From: Rhodocyclales bacterium
GTDB taxonomy: Bacteria > Pseudomonadota > Gammaproteobacteria > Burkholderiales > Rhodocyclaceae
Assembly (NCBI GenBank): GCA_016214145.1
Contig: JACRPA010000010.1
Coordinates: forward strand, 154,550-218,549
Length of the DNA stretch: 64,000 nucleotides
Reading direction: 5' to 3'
Shown: positions 30,583 through 42,283 of the stretch, in pieces
Numbering within the stretch: the first letter of the stretch is position 1
How the letters are laid out: each line of letters begins with the position of its first letter
Position numbers and translations under genes: made by a program
Notes under the pieces: generated by a model
Database searches by the model: none
Seen by the model: only the letters and a program-made list of their open reading frames with translations
What the model was told of the DNA's origin: nothing

Positions 30583-31209
30583 TTAGACTCGTTCCACGCG
30601 CACCAGGTGGCGCGCGCCCTCCACTCCCGGCACCTGCAGCGGGATGACTTCCGCCACGCGCCAGCCGGCCGGCAGTTGGGCGATTTCCTCGTAGGGGTGC
30701 ACCCCCTTCATGGCCAGCAGCGCGCCGCCCTCGGCGAGCAGATGGCCGGACAACTTGACGAACTCGGCGAGATCGGAGAAAGCGCGCGATATCACCACGT
30801 CGCATTTCTCTTCAGGCTTCCAGGCCTCGACGCGCTCGCAGTGCACCGACACGTTGCCCAAGCCAAGTTCGATCTTCGCCTGTTGTTCGAAGGCCGATTT
30901 CTTCTGGTTGCTCTCCACCAGCGCCACCTGCATCTCCGGCCGCGCGATGGCCAGCGGAATGCCCGGCAGGCCGCCGCCGCTGCCGATGTCAGCCAGCCGT
31001 TTTGCCTTGCCCAGGTGCGGCAGCACGGCAAGCGAATCCAGCAGGTGGTGGCTGATCACCTGTTCCTCATCGCGCAGCGCGGTGAGGTTGTACACCTTGT
31101 TCCACTTGCCCAGCAGCGCGGCGAAGGCGAGCAGCTTCTCCTGCGCGGCAGCCGGCAATTCCAGACACAGTGCGGCAAGGCCGTGCGAAAGTTGTTCCGC
31201 CGCCTTCAT
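30583..31209 (-). CDS. rsmG: 16S rRNA m7G527 methyltransferase
   Basis: Start at [11 protein letters not shown] (ATG 31209), a 4-nt overlap with the mnmG stop. AdoMet motif [10 protein letters not shown]. Confidence 0.92.
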   Translation of the reverse strand: MKAAEQLSHGLAALCLELPAAAQEKLLAFAALLGKWNKVYNLTALRDEEQVISHHLLDSLAVLPHLGKAKRLADIGSGGGLPGIPLAIARPEMQVALVESNQKKSAFEQQAKIELGLGNVSVHCERVEAWKPEEKCDVVISRAFSDLAEFVKLSGHLLAEGGALLAMKGVHPYEEIAQLPAGWRVAEVIPLQVPGVEGARHLVRVERV

Positions 31210-33107
31210 GCGCGCTTGCGGCCTTCGCGAACCGGGGAACCACGCCGCTTGAGATGCACCAGCAGCAGCGAGATGGCCGCCGGGGTAATGCCCTGGATGC
31301 GCGAAGCCTGGCCGAGGGTTTCCGGCTTGTGCTGGTTGAGCTTCTGTTGCGCCTCGATCGAGAGACCGCGCACCGTGCCGTAATCGAGATCGGCCGGCAG
31401 CGGCGTGTCTTCCTGCTCGCGGCTCCTGACGATTTCCTCGGCCTGACGGTCGATGTAGCCCTGGTACTTGGCCTGGATCTCCAGCTGCTCGATGGATTGC
31501 GCATCCGTGATCGGCTCGCCCGCGCCCTGCAGAGTCATCAGGCTGGCGTAGCTCACGTCGGGCCGGCGCAGCAGCTCGGCCAGGCTGTATTCGTGCTCGA
31601 GCGGCTTGCCGAGGACGCGCTCGGCGTTTGCAGCGTCCACAGTTTTGGGGTTCACCCAGGATGTCTTCAGTCGCTCCTGCTCGCAGGCAATGACGTCCCG
31701 CTTGCGGCTGAAGGCGTCCCAGCGGACGTCGTCCACGATGCCCAGCCGGCGGCCGGCTTCGGTAAGGCGCAGGTCGGCGTTGTCCTCGCGCAGGCTCAAG
31801 CGGTATTCGGCGCGGCTGGTGAACATGCGGTAAGGCTCGGAGACGCCGCGCGTAATGAGGTCGTCGGCCAGCACCCCGAGGTAGGCCTCGTCTCGGCGCG
31901 GGCACCACGGCGCCTCGCCCCTGGCGAAGAGGGCGGCGTTCAGGCCGGCAAGGAGGCCCTGCGCGGCGGCTTCTTCGTAGCCGGTGGTGCCGTTGATCTG
32001 GCCGGCGAAGAACAAGCCGTTGATGGCCTTCGTCTGCAGCGAGGAGTGCAGGCCGCGCGGATCGAAATAGTCGTACTCGATGGCGTAGCCGGGCCGCAGG
32101 ATGTGGACTTTCTCCAGGCCCGGGATGGAATGCACCAGGGCCAACTGGACGTCGAAGGGCAGGCTGGTCGAGATCCCGTTGGGGTAGATCTCGTGCGTCG
32201 TCAGGCCTTCCGGTTCGAGGAAGATCTGGTGGCTGGCCTTGTCGGCGAAGCGGTGGATCTTGTCCTCGATGGAGGGGCAGTAGCGAGGGCCCACTCCTTC
32301 GATGACACCGGTAAACATGGGCGAACGGTCCAGCCCGCCGCGAATGATGTCGTGGGTGCGCTGGTTGGTATGGGTGATCCAGCAGGGCAGTTGCCGTGGA
32401 TGCTGCGCTGCATCGCCGAGGAAGGAAAACACCGGCGCCGGATCGTCGCCCGGTTGCACGGCCATCACCGAGAAATCGATGCTGCGGCCATCGAGGCGCG
32501 GCGGCGTGCCGGTCTTCAGGCGGCCGGCGGGCAGCTTGAGTTCGCGCAGTCGGGCAGCAAGGCTCGCCGCGGGAGGATCGCCCATGCGGCCGGCCTGGTA
32601 ATGATCGAGGCCGACGTGGATGAGGCCGGCGAGAAAGGTGCCGGCCGTCAGCACCACCGCCTCGGCCTCGAAGCGCAAGCCGAGCTGGGTGACGACGCCG
32701 GTGATGCGGTCGCCGATGACGGTGAGGTCGTCTACGGCCTGCTGGAACAGCGTGAGGTTGGACTGGTTCTCCAGCCGGCGGCGGATCGCCGCCTTGTACA
32801 GCACGCGGTCGGCCTGGGCGCGCGTCGCGCGCACCGCCGGGCCCTTGCTGGAATTGAGGATGCGGAACTGAATGCCGGCTTCGTCGGTGGCCGCCGCCAT
32901 GGCGCCGCCGAGCGCATCGACTTCCTTGACCAGGTGCCCCTTGCCGATGCCGCCGATGGAAGGGTTGCAGGACATCGCCCCCAGCGTCTCAAGGTTGTGC
33001 GTCAGCAGCAGCGTGCGGCAGCCCGCCCGTGCCGCAGCAAGCGCGGCCTCGGTGCCGGCATGGCCGCCGCCAATAATGATTACGTCATAATGCGTGGGGA
33101 ACAGCAT
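31206..33107 (-). CDS. mnmG: tRNA U34 carboxymethylaminomethyl modification enzyme MnmG (GidA)
   Basis: N-terminus [27 protein letters not shown]. The track ORF starts two codons earlier, at 33113. Confidence 0.97.
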   Translation of the reverse strand: MLFPTHYDVIIIGGGHAGTEAALAAARAGCRTLLLTHNLETLGAMSCNPSIGGIGKGHLVKEVDALGGAMAAATDEAGIQFRILNSSKGPAVRATRAQADRVLYKAAIRRRLENQSNLTLFQQAVDDLTVIGDRITGVVTQLGLRFEAEAVVLTAGTFLAGLIHVGLDHYQAGRMGDPPAASLAARLRELKLPAGRLKTGTPPRLDGRSIDFSVMAVQPGDDPAPVFSFLGDAAQHPRQLPCWITHTNQRTHDIIRGGLDRSPMFTGVIEGVGPRYCPSIEDKIHRFADKASHQIFLEPEGLTTHEIYPNGISTSLPFDVQLALVHSIPGLEKVHILRPGYAIEYDYFDPRGLHSSLQTKAINGLFFAGQINGTTGYEEAAAQGLLAGLNAALFARGEAPWCPRRDEAYLGVLADDLITRGVSEPYRMFTSRAEYRLSLREDNADLRLTEAGRRLGIVDDVRWDAFSRKRDVIACEQERLKTSWVNPKTVDAANAERVLGKPLEHEYSLAELLRRPDVSYASLMTLQGAGEPITDAQSIEQLEIQAKYQGYIDRQAEEIVRSREQEDTPLPADLDYGTVRGLSIEAQQKLNQHKPETLGQASRIQGITPAAISLLLVHLKRRGSPVREGRKRA

Positions 33108-33160
33108 AGTCATTGAACGCCGCGAAGAGGCGCCATCATACGCGAGGACGGCGCAAAAAA

Positions 33161-33194
33161 ACAGGGAAATGTTTCACGTGAAACATTTCCCTGT
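33161..33194. terminator. Perfect 34-bp palindrome (candidate bidirectional terminator) enclosing parS
   Basis: ACAGGGAAATGTTTCAC|GTGAAACATTTCCCTGT, flanked by an A-run on the left and a T-run on the right. It starts 23 nt downstream of the livF stop. Confidence 0.6.
33170..33185. other. parS centromere-like site (TGTTTCACGTGAAACA)
   Basis: Exact match to the conserved chromosomal ParB/Spo0J site consensus TGTTNCACGTGAAACA. It is origin-proximal, and parAB is in the window. Confidence 0.8.
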
Positions 33195-33216
33195 TTTCAA
33201 ATTATATTTCAATAAC

Positions 33217-33954
33217 TTACTGCTTCTTTCCACCCAATCCGAGGTAGGTTTCGACGATGCGCGGATCATCGGCCAGCGCCCGGCTTTCGCCTTCCAGGGC
33301 AATGCTGCCGGTCTCCAGCACGTAACCGTAATCGGCGATCTGCAGCGCAGCCCTGGCGTTCTGCTCGACGAGGAGGATGGCGACGCCGGTCTTCTTCAGG
33401 TCGGCGATGATGTGGAAGATTTCGCGCACGATGAGCGGGGCGAGGCCCAGGCTTGGCTCGTCGAGCATGAGCAGCTTCGGCTTGGCCATGAGCGCCCGGC
33501 CCACGGCCAGCATCTGGCGCTCGCCGCCGGAGAGCGTACCGGCCAGTTGGGCGCGGCGCTCCTTCAGTCGCGGGAAGGTGCCGAACACCTGATCCATGGT
33601 CTTGCCCTGGTCGCGATCGCCGGCGCGATAGCGCTGGAATGCGCCGAGCAGGAGGTTGTCCTCCACGCTCATCTCGCCGAACAGCGCGCGTTTCTCGGGC
33701 ACCAGCGTCATGCCCATGGCGACGAGATGCTCGACCTCGATGTCGCGCTGCACCTCGCTCTGGAACTCGATCTCCCCCTTGGAGGGCAGCAGGCCCATGA
33801 TGGCGGAAAGCAGGGTGGTCTTGCCGGCGCCGTTGGGGCCGATCACCGTGACGATCTGCCCGGCGGCCACCTTGAGGTTGATGTGGTGCAGCGCCTCGAC
33901 CTTGCCGTAGGAGACGCACAGCTCGCGGATCTCCAGAATGGGGGTCGTCATCAT
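33217..33954 (-). CDS. livF: Branched-chain amino acid ABC transporter ATP-binding protein
   Basis: 245 aa with Walker A GPNGAGKTT and signature LSGGERQ. Confidence 0.9.
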   Translation of the reverse strand: MMTTPILEIRELCVSYGKVEALHHINLKVAAGQIVTVIGPNGAGKTTLLSAIMGLLPSKGEIEFQSEVQRDIEVEHLVAMGMTLVPEKRALFGEMSVEDNLLLGAFQRYRAGDRDQGKTMDQVFGTFPRLKERRAQLAGTLSGGERQMLAVGRALMAKPKLLMLDEPSLGLAPLIVREIFHIIADLKKTGVAILLVEQNARAALQIADYGYVLETGSIALEGESRALADDPRIVETYLGLGGKKQ

Positions 33955-35714
33955 TCCACCCCTCCGAGATAGGCTTCCAGCACCACCGGATCCTTCTGCA
34001 CTTCCTCGGGCAGACCCTCGGAAATCTTCTCGCCGAACTCCATCACCACGACGCGATCGGCCAAGCCCATGACGAAATCCATGTCGTGTTCCACCAGCAG
34101 GATGCCCATGCCCTGGGCGCGTAGCTTGCGCAGCAGTTCCGCCAGCGCCTGCTTCTCCAGGTAACGCAGGCCGGCCGCCGGCTCATCGAGCAGCAGCAGG
34201 CAGGGATCGGAACAAAGCGCACGGGCGATCTCCAGCACACGCTGCTGGCCGAGCGGCAGGCTGCCGGCTTCATCGAACAGGTGCTCGGCCAGGCCGACGC
34301 GCTCCAGCTGGCGCCTGGCCTCGGCCAGCAGGCGCGCCTCCTCGGCGCGCTCGAGATGCATGGAGGCCGACAGCACGCCCTTGTCGCCGCGCAAATGGGC
34401 GCCGATGGCGACGTTCTCCAGCACGCTCATGGTCGGCAGCAGGCGCACGTGCTGGAAGGTGCGGCCCATGCCGCGCCGCGCGATCTCGCGCGATACCAGC
34501 TTTTCAGTGCGCTCACCGAGAAAACGGATCTCGCCGGAGGTCACCGGATCGACGCCCGAGATGCAGTTGAACATGGTGCTCTTACCGGCGCCGTTGGGCC
34601 CGATCAGCGCCATCACCTCGCCGGCCTTCACGGTCAAGCTCATGTTGTCGTTTGCCACCAGGCCGCCGAATTCCTTGCGGGCGTCCATGACTTCGAGCAG
34701 CACCGTGCCGGCCGCTGGCATCTGGCGGCATGGGAGCGGCTCGGCCTCCGCCACCGTTCGCTGCTGATTTGCATTGAACGGCACCAGACGCACCAACCAG
34801 GGCCAGATGCCCTCGCGCGCGCGCTGCAGCACCAGGATCAGCATGATGCCGAAGAAGATGACCTCGAAATTGCCGCTCTGTCCGAAGATCTTCGGCAGGA
34901 TGTCCTGCAGCCATTGCTTGAGAATGGTGATGAGGCCGGCGCCCACCAGCGCACCCCAGACGTGCGCCGCGCCGCCCACCACCGCCATGAAGAGGTATTC
35001 GATGCCGATGTGCAGGCCGAAGGGCGTCGGATTCACGAAACGCTGCAGGTGGGCGTAAAGCCAGCCGGAGACGCAGGCGAACAGCGCCGCGATGAGGAAG
35101 ATGACGGTCTTGGTGCGCGCGGTGTCGACGCCCATGCTCTCTGCCATCAGGCCGCCGCCCTTGAGGGCGCGGATGGCGCGCCCTTCGCGCGAATCGAGCA
35201 GGTTCTGCGTCGCCAGTACGGCACCGAGCAAAACCACCCAGATGAGGTAATAGAACTCGCGGCCGGTACTCAATTTCAAGCCGAAGAACTCAAGCACCGG
35301 AATGCCGGTAAGTCCGGTATGGCCGCCAAGAAACTCAAGGTTGCCGAAGAGGAAATACAGGCTGATGCCCCAGGCGATGGTGCCCAGCGGCAGATAGTGT
35401 CCGGACAGGCGCAGGGTAAGGAAACCCAATACCAATGCCACAGCGGCCGTTACGCCCAATCCCGCCAGCAGGGCGAGCCAGGGGGATAGCGCATGGGCGG
35501 TGGTGAGATAACCCGTGGCGTAGGCGCCGAGACCAACGAAAGCCGCCTGGCCGAAGGAGGTCAGGCCGCCCACGCCCGTCAACAGCACCAGACCCAGCGC
35601 AACGATGGAATACAGACCGATGTAGTTGAGCAGCGTGACGTAGAATTCCGGCAGCAGCAGCGGCCCGAATGCCAGCAGGACGAGAAAACCCAGGAGGGGC
35701 AGGCGCGCCTTCAT
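33951..35714 (-). CDS. Fused LivM-type permease / LivG-type ATPase
   Basis: Start at [13 protein letters not shown] (ATG 35714, ATGA overlap with livH). The N-terminal ~330 aa are polytopic. The C-terminal half carries [19 protein letters not shown] and LLLLDEP. Confidence 0.85.
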   Translation of the reverse strand: MKARLPLLGFLVLLAFGPLLLPEFYVTLLNYIGLYSIVALGLVLLTGVGGLTSFGQAAFVGLGAYATGYLTTAHALSPWLALLAGLGVTAAVALVLGFLTLRLSGHYLPLGTIAWGISLYFLFGNLEFLGGHTGLTGIPVLEFFGLKLSTGREFYYLIWVVLLGAVLATQNLLDSREGRAIRALKGGGLMAESMGVDTARTKTVIFLIAALFACVSGWLYAHLQRFVNPTPFGLHIGIEYLFMAVVGGAAHVWGALVGAGLITILKQWLQDILPKIFGQSGNFEVIFFGIMLILVLQRAREGIWPWLVRLVPFNANQQRTVAEAEPLPCRQMPAAGTVLLEVMDARKEFGGLVANDNMSLTVKAGEVMALIGPNGAGKSTMFNCISGVDPVTSGEIRFLGERTEKLVSREIARRGMGRTFQHVRLLPTMSVLENVAIGAHLRGDKGVLSASMHLERAEEARLLAEARRQLERVGLAEHLFDEAGSLPLGQQRVLEIARALCSDPCLLLLDEPAAGLRYLEKQALAELLRKLRAQGMGILLVEHDMDFVMGLADRVVVMEFGEKISEGLPEEVQKDPVVLEAYLGGVE

Positions 35715-36748
35715 TCCTCCTCCTCCACGTGATGGGAGGTCAGCGAGCGCCAGACGAGTACCGGAATGATCAGGGTGAACACGATGACTTCCTTGAAGGC
35801 GCTGGCCCAGAAGGAAGAGAAGGATTCCAGCAGGCCCACCAGGATGGCCCCGGCAGCGGCCAGCGGATAGCTCACCAGGCCGGCGATGATGGCGGCGACG
35901 AAGCCCTTCAGGCCGATCAGGAAGCCGGTGTCGTAATAGACCGTGGTGATCGGTGCGATGAGGATGCCGGAGAGCGCGCCGATGCCTGCGGCCAGCGTGA
36001 AGGAGAGCTTGCCCGCCATGGTGGTGGAGATGCCCATCAGGCGCGCGCCGACCCGGTTGATGGCGGTGGCGCGCAGCGCCTTGCCGTACAGTGTGCGTCC
36101 GAAGAAAACATAAAGGGCAACGATCAGCACGATGCTGGCGCCTAGCACCCACAGTGTCTGGCCGTTCACCGTCAAGGTGCCGATATTGAACTGTGCCTCG
36201 CTGAAGGGCGTGGTGCGCGAGCCTTCGGCGCCGAAGAAGAGCAGTCCCAGGCCGACCAGGGCAAGGTGCACTGCCACCGACACGATCAGCAGCACCAGCA
36301 CCGATGCTTCCGCCAGCGGCTGGTAGGCCAGGCGATATATCATCGGTCCGAGCGGCACGACGATGGCGAGCGACAAGGCCACTTGCACCACCAGCGGCAG
36401 CTTGTCCGGCTCCAGCCAGAACACGAGACCGGCGACAACCGCCGGCAATGCCAAATCCCACAGCACAATGCGCTTCAATCTTCCCGGACTGCCGGCACGC
36501 ACTGCGACGACCGTATCAATGAACGCGACCAGCACACCCGCACCGAGCAGGAGCCAGAGCGTACCCGGCGTCTTGCCGGCCTGGAAAGCCGCCAGGGTCA
36601 GCGCGCCGTAGGCGACGAATTCGCCCTGGGGGATGAAGATGACCCGGGTGACGGCGAACACCAGCACCAGCGCCAAGGCCAGCAGCGCGTAGATCGCCCC
36701 ATTGACGATGCCGTCCTGGCCCAACAGCAATGCGATTTGCAAGTCCAT
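35711..36748 (-). CDS. livH: Branched-chain amino acid ABC transporter permease
   Basis: 345-aa polytopic protein with the LivH-like N-terminus [19 protein letters not shown]. Confidence 0.88.
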   Translation of the reverse strand: MDLQIALLLGQDGIVNGAIYALLALALVLVFAVTRVIFIPQGEFVAYGALTLAAFQAGKTPGTLWLLLGAGVLVAFIDTVVAVRAGSPGRLKRIVLWDLALPAVVAGLVFWLEPDKLPLVVQVALSLAIVVPLGPMIYRLAYQPLAEASVLVLLIVSVAVHLALVGLGLLFFGAEGSRTTPFSEAQFNIGTLTVNGQTLWVLGASIVLIVALYVFFGRTLYGKALRATAINRVGARLMGISTTMAGKLSFTLAAGIGALSGILIAPITTVYYDTGFLIGLKGFVAAIIAGLVSYPLAAAGAILVGLLESFSSFWASAFKEVIVFTLIIPVLVWRSLTSHHVEEEE

Positions 36749-36906
36749 CGTTTTTGTCTTTTATAGGTGCAAAAAAAGGGCGCCGCGCGAACGGTGATTG
36801 TACGTCACCGCCCTCGCCTTGCGCCCTCTCCCGTACTTCATTTCATCCGGCGCACCCTCACGCGCCGGCAGCCGCCCGATTGAACGGCGTTTCCAGCTTT
36901 TCTAGA

Positions 36907-38052
36907 TTACTTCAGCGCCACCCACTTGCCGCCCTCGATCTTCACCATCACGCGCGAACGCTGGTCGAGACCGAGGTGGTCGGTCGTCGTCATGCTGTAC
37001 ACCCCATGCGCTGCATACAGATTCTTGGTGGCTTCCAGCGCATCGCGCAGACCGGCGCGGAACTCCTTGCTGCCCGGTTTTCCCTTCTTAAGCGCGGCCG
37101 GCACTGCATTCGCCAGCAGCAGGCCGGCATCCCAGGCATGCGCACCGAAGGTGGACACGCTGCCGGGCCCATGCGCCTTCTCGTACTTGGCGATGTACTC
37201 AAGCGCGGACTTCTTCACCGGGTTGGTATCCGGCAGCTGCGCGGCCACCAGCACCGGGCCGGCCGGCAGTAAAGTGCCTTCGCAATCCTTGCCGCAGACG
37301 CGCAGGAAGTCGTTGTTGGCAACGCCGTGCGTCTGGTAGATCTTGCCCTTGTAGCCCTTCTCTTTCAGGGTTTTCTGCGGCAGCGCGGCCGGCGTGCCGG
37401 AACCGGCGATGAGGATCGCATCCGGATTGGTCGACATGATTTTGAGGATCTGGCCGGTCACGGAAGTATCGGCGCGGTTGAAGCGCTCGTTCGCCACCAC
37501 TTTCATCTTGCGCACTTCGGCAATCTTGCTGAATTCCTGCCACCAGCCTTCGCCGTAGGCGTCGGAGAAGCCGATGAAGGCCACCGTCTTCACGCCGTTG
37601 TTGCTCATATGCTCGGTAATGGCGGTGGACATCTGCACGTCGTTCTGCGGCGTCTTGAAGACCCAGCGGCGCTTGGCATCCACCGGATCGACGATGCGCG
37701 CAGAGGCTGCCATCGAGATCATCGGCGTCTCTGCTTCCGCCGCGATATCGACCATCGCCAGGGAATTCGGCGTGATGGTCGAACCGATGATGACGTCCAC
37801 CTTGTCTTCGGTGAGCAGCTTGCGGGTATTTTTGACGGCCGTCGTGGTATCGGAAGCGTCGTCGAGAACAATGTATTTGACCTTCTCGCCAGCGATGGTC
37901 GTCGGCATCAGGGCAAAGGTGTTCTTTTCGGGAATGCCCAGCGACGCGGCCGGACCCGTCGCCGAAACCAGCACGCCCACAGTGATGTCGGCATAAGCAA
38001 ACGTAACCGCACCGGCAGACAACAGCGCGGCAACAAGGGATTTCATCCTCAT
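36907..38052 (-). CDS. ABC transporter periplasmic substrate-binding protein (Leu/Ile/Val-binding family)
   Basis: Start at MRMKSLVAALLSAGAVTFAYA (ATG 38052, AGGAGGAG upstream). Signal peptide followed by a type I periplasmic binding fold. Confidence 0.85.
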   Translation of the reverse strand: MRMKSLVAALLSAGAVTFAYADITVGVLVSATGPAASLGIPEKNTFALMPTTIAGEKVKYIVLDDASDTTTAVKNTRKLLTEDKVDVIIGSTITPNSLAMVDIAAEAETPMISMAASARIVDPVDAKRRWVFKTPQNDVQMSTAITEHMSNNGVKTVAFIGFSDAYGEGWWQEFSKIAEVRKMKVVANERFNRADTSVTGQILKIMSTNPDAILIAGSGTPAALPQKTLKEKGYKGKIYQTHGVANNDFLRVCGKDCEGTLLPAGPVLVAAQLPDTNPVKKSALEYIAKYEKAHGPGSVSTFGAHAWDAGLLLANAVPAALKKGKPGSKEFRAGLRDALEATKNLYAAHGVYSMTTTDHLGLDQRSRVMVKIEGGKWVALK

Positions 38053-38263
38053 TGACTCCTCCTCTAGAAAACGGTGTGCAGCGCCTTCTTGAATAGGCGC
38101 CTTGCAACAATAATACAAGCTATGTTTCGACACGCAAAATATCTTTGCGCCGTGCGCCAAAATTTATTTTGTTTTACCGTTCAAACAATTGGCGCAATCA
38201 ATCCATGATACAAGAAAGAATGTATACATGTCCATTGCTGAATCAGTATTCCAGGCATGGCTA

Positions 38264-39037
38264 TCAAAGAAAGGTGTCCCAGGCAAATTTCAGGATGAAT
38301 GCACCTGCGACGGCCAGAAAGACGCGCCGGACGAAGCCGGCGCCATGACGAATCGCCAGATACGAGCCAACCAGGGATCCACCAATGTTGAAAACAGCCA
38401 TGGCCAGACCAGTGGCCAAGAGGACATGTGCGTTCGCCCCGAAGAATAGCAGCGCAGCCAGATTGGTGGCAGCGTTGACGATCTTGGCAGACACCGAAGC
38501 GCGCAGGAAATCCAGGCCAAAGAAGCGGACGTACATGAAAATCAGGAAACTGCCTGTGCCAGGCCCAAAAAATCCGTCGTAGAAGCCGATCACACCCCCA
38601 AACAGCAGCGCCAACAGCATGTCGCGACGCCCATGCACCCGGCGCTGATCCACGGCGCCCAAATCCTTGCGCACATAGGTATAGACGGTTACGACGATCA
38701 GGAGGGCCAGAACCAGCGGCCGCAGCCATTCCTTGGGCAGCAGGGCGACCGTCATGGCGCCGAAGTAGGACAGGACAAAAGCCGCCAGCGCCGCCGGCAA
38801 GACCGCCCGCCAGGGTACATCGATGCGCCGGGCATAGCGGAGGGCGGCGCTGGTGGTACCGAAAATACTGGCCAGCTTGTTGGTACCGAATAGGGTGGCC
38901 GGTTGCGCTTGCGGCAGGACACTGAAAAGGGCCGGAATCTGGATCAGACCCCCACCCCCCACCACCGCATCGATGAGTCCGGCAGATAATGCGGCGGTGC
39001 ACAATATTATGAGGTCGATCGGTTCCACGTGAAACAA
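38264..39037 (-). CDS. TauE/SafE-family (DUF81) anion exporter
   Basis: 257-aa polytopic protein with the motif GLIDAVVGGGGLIQIP. The track start is TTG 39037 and there is no in-frame ATG nearby. Confidence 0.75.
   Translation of the reverse strand: MFHVEPIDLIILCTAALSAGLIDAVVGGGGLIQIPALFSVLPQAQPATLFGTNKLASIFGTTSAALRYARRIDVPWRAVLPAALAAFVLSYFGAMTVALLPKEWLRPLVLALLIVVTVYTYVRKDLGAVDQRRVHGRRDMLLALLFGGVIGFYDGFFGPGTGSFLIFMYVRFFGLDFLRASVSAKIVNAATNLAALLFFGANAHVLLATGLAMAVFNIGGSLVGSYLAIRHGAGFVRRVFLAVAGAFILKFAWDTFL
39021..39036. other. parS-like site with one mismatch (GGTTCCACGTGAAACA)
   Basis: 15 of 16 match to TGTTCCACGTGAAACA. It lies 18 nt downstream of the mnmE stop and overlaps the putative TauE start codons. 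Confidence 0.65.
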
Positions 39038-39053
39038 TCCGCTTCTCCGGGTG

Positions 39054-40403
39054 TTACTTGCCTATGCAGAAACGGGAGAAAATTTCCCCCAACAGGTCAT
39101 CCGGGGTGAATTCACCGGTAATGCCGCCAAGCGCTTCTTGCGCCAAACGCAGCTCTTCCGCAAACAGTTCGGTATGGTCCGATCGGGCTTGGGCCGCCTG
39201 CAAATTCGCCAAGGCCTTTTCCAGCGCAATGAGATGACGCTCCCGCGCCAGGAAAACATCTTCGGTACCGGCTTGCCAGCCGGCAACGCGCAGCAGCTCC
39301 CTTTCAAGTGCCCCCATCCCCTCCCCGGTCTTGGCCGATAACCAAAGGGCCACCCGGTTGGCCGACTCCTCGCGATGGGAAGTGTGTCCTGCCAGATCGC
39401 ACTTGTTGAACAGGGCAATCTGCTCGATGCCGGGCGGCAGCCGAGCCGCAATAGCCTGATCTGCCGGTGTCCTTCCAACTCGGGCATCCAGCAGGTGCAA
39501 CACGACGTCGGCGCGCTCGATCTCCTTCCAGCTGCGGGCAATGCCGAGTCGCTCGACTTCATCCTCGGTATCGCGCAGGCCGGCGGTATCGACGATATGC
39601 AGGGGAATGCCATTTACCTGGATGGTTTCGCGCAGCGCATCCCGCGTCGTGCCCGGCACGGCGGTAACGATGGCACGCTCCTCTCCAGCCAGGCGATTGA
39701 GCAGGCTGGACTTGCCGACATTTGGCTGGCCAATCAGGACAACATGCAAGCCATTGCGCAACAGGCTGCCTTGGCGCGCCACGCCCAGCAGTTTGCCTAC
39801 ATCGCCGGCCAGGCTGGCCAGCTGGCCAACGGCATCCGACTTCTTCAGGAAATCGATTCCCTCCTCGGGAAAATCGAGAGTCGCCTCAACCAGCATGCGC
39901 AAGGCGATCAGTCGCTCGACGAGCACATGAACCGTCCGCGAAAATTCACCGGAAAGAGATCTCACCGCAGAACGGGCCGCCGCCGCGGTGGAGGCTTCGA
40001 TCAGATCGGCCACCGCTTCGGCCTGCGCCAGGTCCAACTTGTCGTTGAGATAGGCGCGGCGCGTAAATTCGCCCGGCTCGGCCAAGCGCGCACCCAGTTC
40101 CAGGCAGCGTCGTAACAGCAGCTGCAACACCACCGGCCCGCCATGGCCCTGCAGTTCGAGCACATCTTCCCCGGTATAGGAATGGGGGGCGGGGAAATAG
40201 AGGGCGATGCCTTCGTCGATTTCGGCACCCGCCGCATCGAGAAAGCGGGCCAGGGTGGCAAGGCGAGGCTTGGGAAGACTTCCGGTCAGGCTGCGTGCGA
40301 TCGAAGCAAGGTCTGCTCCGGACAGGCGGACGACACCGATGCCACCGCGCCCAGGCGCGGTGGCAATGGCGGCAATCAGATCAGCTTGCTTTCCGCTTGC
40401 CAC
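39054..40403 (-). CDS. mnmE: tRNA modification GTPase MnmE (TrmE)
   Basis: 449 aa with [20 protein letters not shown], GTPase motifs GQPNVGKSS and DTAGLR, and the C-terminal CIGK. Confidence 0.97.
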   Translation of the reverse strand: MASGKQADLIAAIATAPGRGGIGVVRLSGADLASIARSLTGSLPKPRLATLARFLDAAGAEIDEGIALYFPAPHSYTGEDVLELQGHGGPVVLQLLLRRCLELGARLAEPGEFTRRAYLNDKLDLAQAEAVADLIEASTAAAARSAVRSLSGEFSRTVHVLVERLIALRMLVEATLDFPEEGIDFLKKSDAVGQLASLAGDVGKLLGVARQGSLLRNGLHVVLIGQPNVGKSSLLNRLAGEERAIVTAVPGTTRDALRETIQVNGIPLHIVDTAGLRDTEDEVERLGIARSWKEIERADVVLHLLDARVGRTPADQAIAARLPPGIEQIALFNKCDLAGHTSHREESANRVALWLSAKTGEGMGALERELLRVAGWQAGTEDVFLARERHLIALEKALANLQAAQARSDHTELFAEELRLAQEALGGITGEFTPDDLLGEIFSRFCIGK

Positions 40404-42048
40404 CCTCGATCAGGCGCGTGATCTGCCACTGCTGGGCAATCGAAAGGACATTGTTGATCGTCCAGTACAGCACGAGGCCGGACGGGAACCAGAGGAACAT
40501 GAAAGTAAACACGATCGGCATGGCCATCATCACCTTGGCCTGGATCGGATCGGGCGGGGTCGGGTTCAGCCTTGTCTGAATCACCATCGAGACACCCATG
40601 ATGATCGGCAGCACGTAGAAAGGATCCTTGGTCGACAGATCCTCTATCCAGAGCATCCAGGGGGCATGGCGCATCTCAACGCTGCCGAGCAGCACCCAGT
40701 AAAGGGCAATAAAAACGGGAATCTGCACCATGATGGGCAGACAACCGCCCAGGGGGTTGATTTTCTCCTTGCGGTAGAGCTCCATCATCTCCTGGTTCAT
40801 GCGATTGCGGTCAGCGGCGAATTGCTCCTTTATTTTCATGAGCTTGGGCGTAACCAACTTCATTTTGGCCATGGAGCGATAGCTTGCCGCCGAAAGCGGG
40901 AAGAACATGGCCTTGATGAGCACTGTGAGGAAGATGATCGACCAGCCCCAGTTGCCGACGAAGCGATGAATCAGCTCGAGAAGCCAATAGATGGGCGCGG
41001 CAATTACCGTCAGCCAGCCGTAATCCACCACCAAGTCAAAGCCGGGGGCAACCTTTTCCAGCTTGGCCTGTTCCTGCGGGCCGGCGTAGAGGGGCACGCC
41101 TATATGCGCTGTCTGCCCCGGCGCGACGGCCGCAACCGGCAGGATGATCCCGGCCGAGAACAAATTGTCGGCCACCTTGCGCACGAAGAACTCGCGCTCA
41201 TCCTTGCCCTGAGGCGTCCAACCCGCGACAAAATAGTGCTGCACCATGGCCAACCAGCCGTCCTTGGCCTTCTGAATGTACTTGGCCTTGCCCTTGTCAA
41301 CATCGGTGAACGCGACCTTCTGGAATTTGCCTTCGTCGGTATAGATCGCCGGCCCGGTGAATGTGGCGATATTGGTCATGCCGGCTTCCGGCACAATGCC
41401 ATCACGCGTTAGCTGAAAGTAAGCATGCGTGTCGAGCGGCGCCTGGCGCTGGTTCGCGATCTCGTAGCCGACGTCAATCTGGTAGCTGCCGCGATGGAAT
41501 GTATAGATCTTGGCCACTTTCAGGCCATTCACTTCGGGGGCCTCCAACCTTAATATTAGCTTGTCGGAATCCGGTTTCAGATCGTGGGTGCCGGGTTCCA
41601 ACTTGAATTCGGTCTTGTGGTTGGGCAATCCTTCGCCGATCAGGCCGGTTTGGGCTACATAGGTACGATCCTTTGAAATCTCCATCAGGACAAAATGCTT
41701 TGTCTTGTCCTCGGTGGCCTTGTGCTGGCTAAGTTCCAGCCGAATCAAGTCTCCGCCAGCGGAAGAAATCTCTGCAAGGTAAAGATCCGTCTTGACCACG
41801 GCCTTGATGCCTGGCGCCAACACTGGGGCCTGAGCAGGCATGGGTACAGCGGATGGGGATGCCGACGGGGTCGAAGACAGTGTGGTGGTCGGCGTCGGCG
41901 AGGCGCCCGGGATTGGTGGCGCAGCCTTTTGCGCCGCTTGATCCATGGCGGCTACCGAAGCCGGCTGGTTATGCTTCTGCCAACCGTCCCATAGCATGAA
42001 CAAGGAAAAAAGAAATACCAGCAGGAGGATCAGGCGTTGATTGTCCAT
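40381..42048 (-). CDS. yidC: Membrane protein insertase YidC
   Basis: Start at [20 protein letters not shown] (ATG 42048), with a conserved C-terminal insertase core. Confidence 0.95.
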   Translation of the reverse strand: MDNQRLILLLVFLFSLFMLWDGWQKHNQPASVAAMDQAAQKAAPPIPGASPTPTTTLSSTPSASPSAVPMPAQAPVLAPGIKAVVKTDLYLAEISSAGGDLIRLELSQHKATEDKTKHFVLMEISKDRTYVAQTGLIGEGLPNHKTEFKLEPGTHDLKPDSDKLILRLEAPEVNGLKVAKIYTFHRGSYQIDVGYEIANQRQAPLDTHAYFQLTRDGIVPEAGMTNIATFTGPAIYTDEGKFQKVAFTDVDKGKAKYIQKAKDGWLAMVQHYFVAGWTPQGKDEREFFVRKVADNLFSAGIILPVAAVAPGQTAHIGVPLYAGPQEQAKLEKVAPGFDLVVDYGWLTVIAAPIYWLLELIHRFVGNWGWSIIFLTVLIKAMFFPLSAASYRSMAKMKLVTPKLMKIKEQFAADRNRMNQEMMELYRKEKINPLGGCLPIMVQIPVFIALYWVLLGSVEMRHAPWMLWIEDLSTKDPFYVLPIIMGVSMVIQTRLNPTPPDPIQAKVMMAMPIVFTFMFLWFPSGLVLYWTINNVLSIAQQWQITRLIEGGKRKAS

Positions 42049-42073
42049 CAATCGGCTCTTGAATTCAGGGGGT

Positions 42074-42283
42074 TCAGGGAACGGGGTCGTACCCGCCCGG
42101 ATGCCAGGGGTGGCAACGTGAAACACGCTTGGCGGTCAACCAGGAACCCTTGCATCCGCCATGCTTTTCGAGCGCCTCGATGGCATATTCGGAGCAACTC
42201 GGATGAAACCGGCAATTCCTTCCCATCAGGGGGCTGATTGCCAACCGGTACATTCGCACAAATAGAACAAGCAGCTTATTCAT
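42074..42283 (-). CDS. yidD: Membrane protein insertion efficiency factor YidD
   Basis: 69 aa with the motifs [11 protein letters not shown] and [14 protein letters not shown]. Confidence 0.93.
   Translation of the reverse strand: MNKLLVLFVRMYRLAISPLMGRNCRFHPSCSEYAIEALEKHGGCKGSWLTAKRVSRCHPWHPGGYDPVP

Noticed and set aside
42105-42120. Third parS-like sequence (…GGCAACGTGAAACA…) inside yidD
   Set aside because: Only the right half-site matches; the left half has about 5 mismatches. The sequence encodes the conserved YidD motif RCHPW, so coding constraint explains it.
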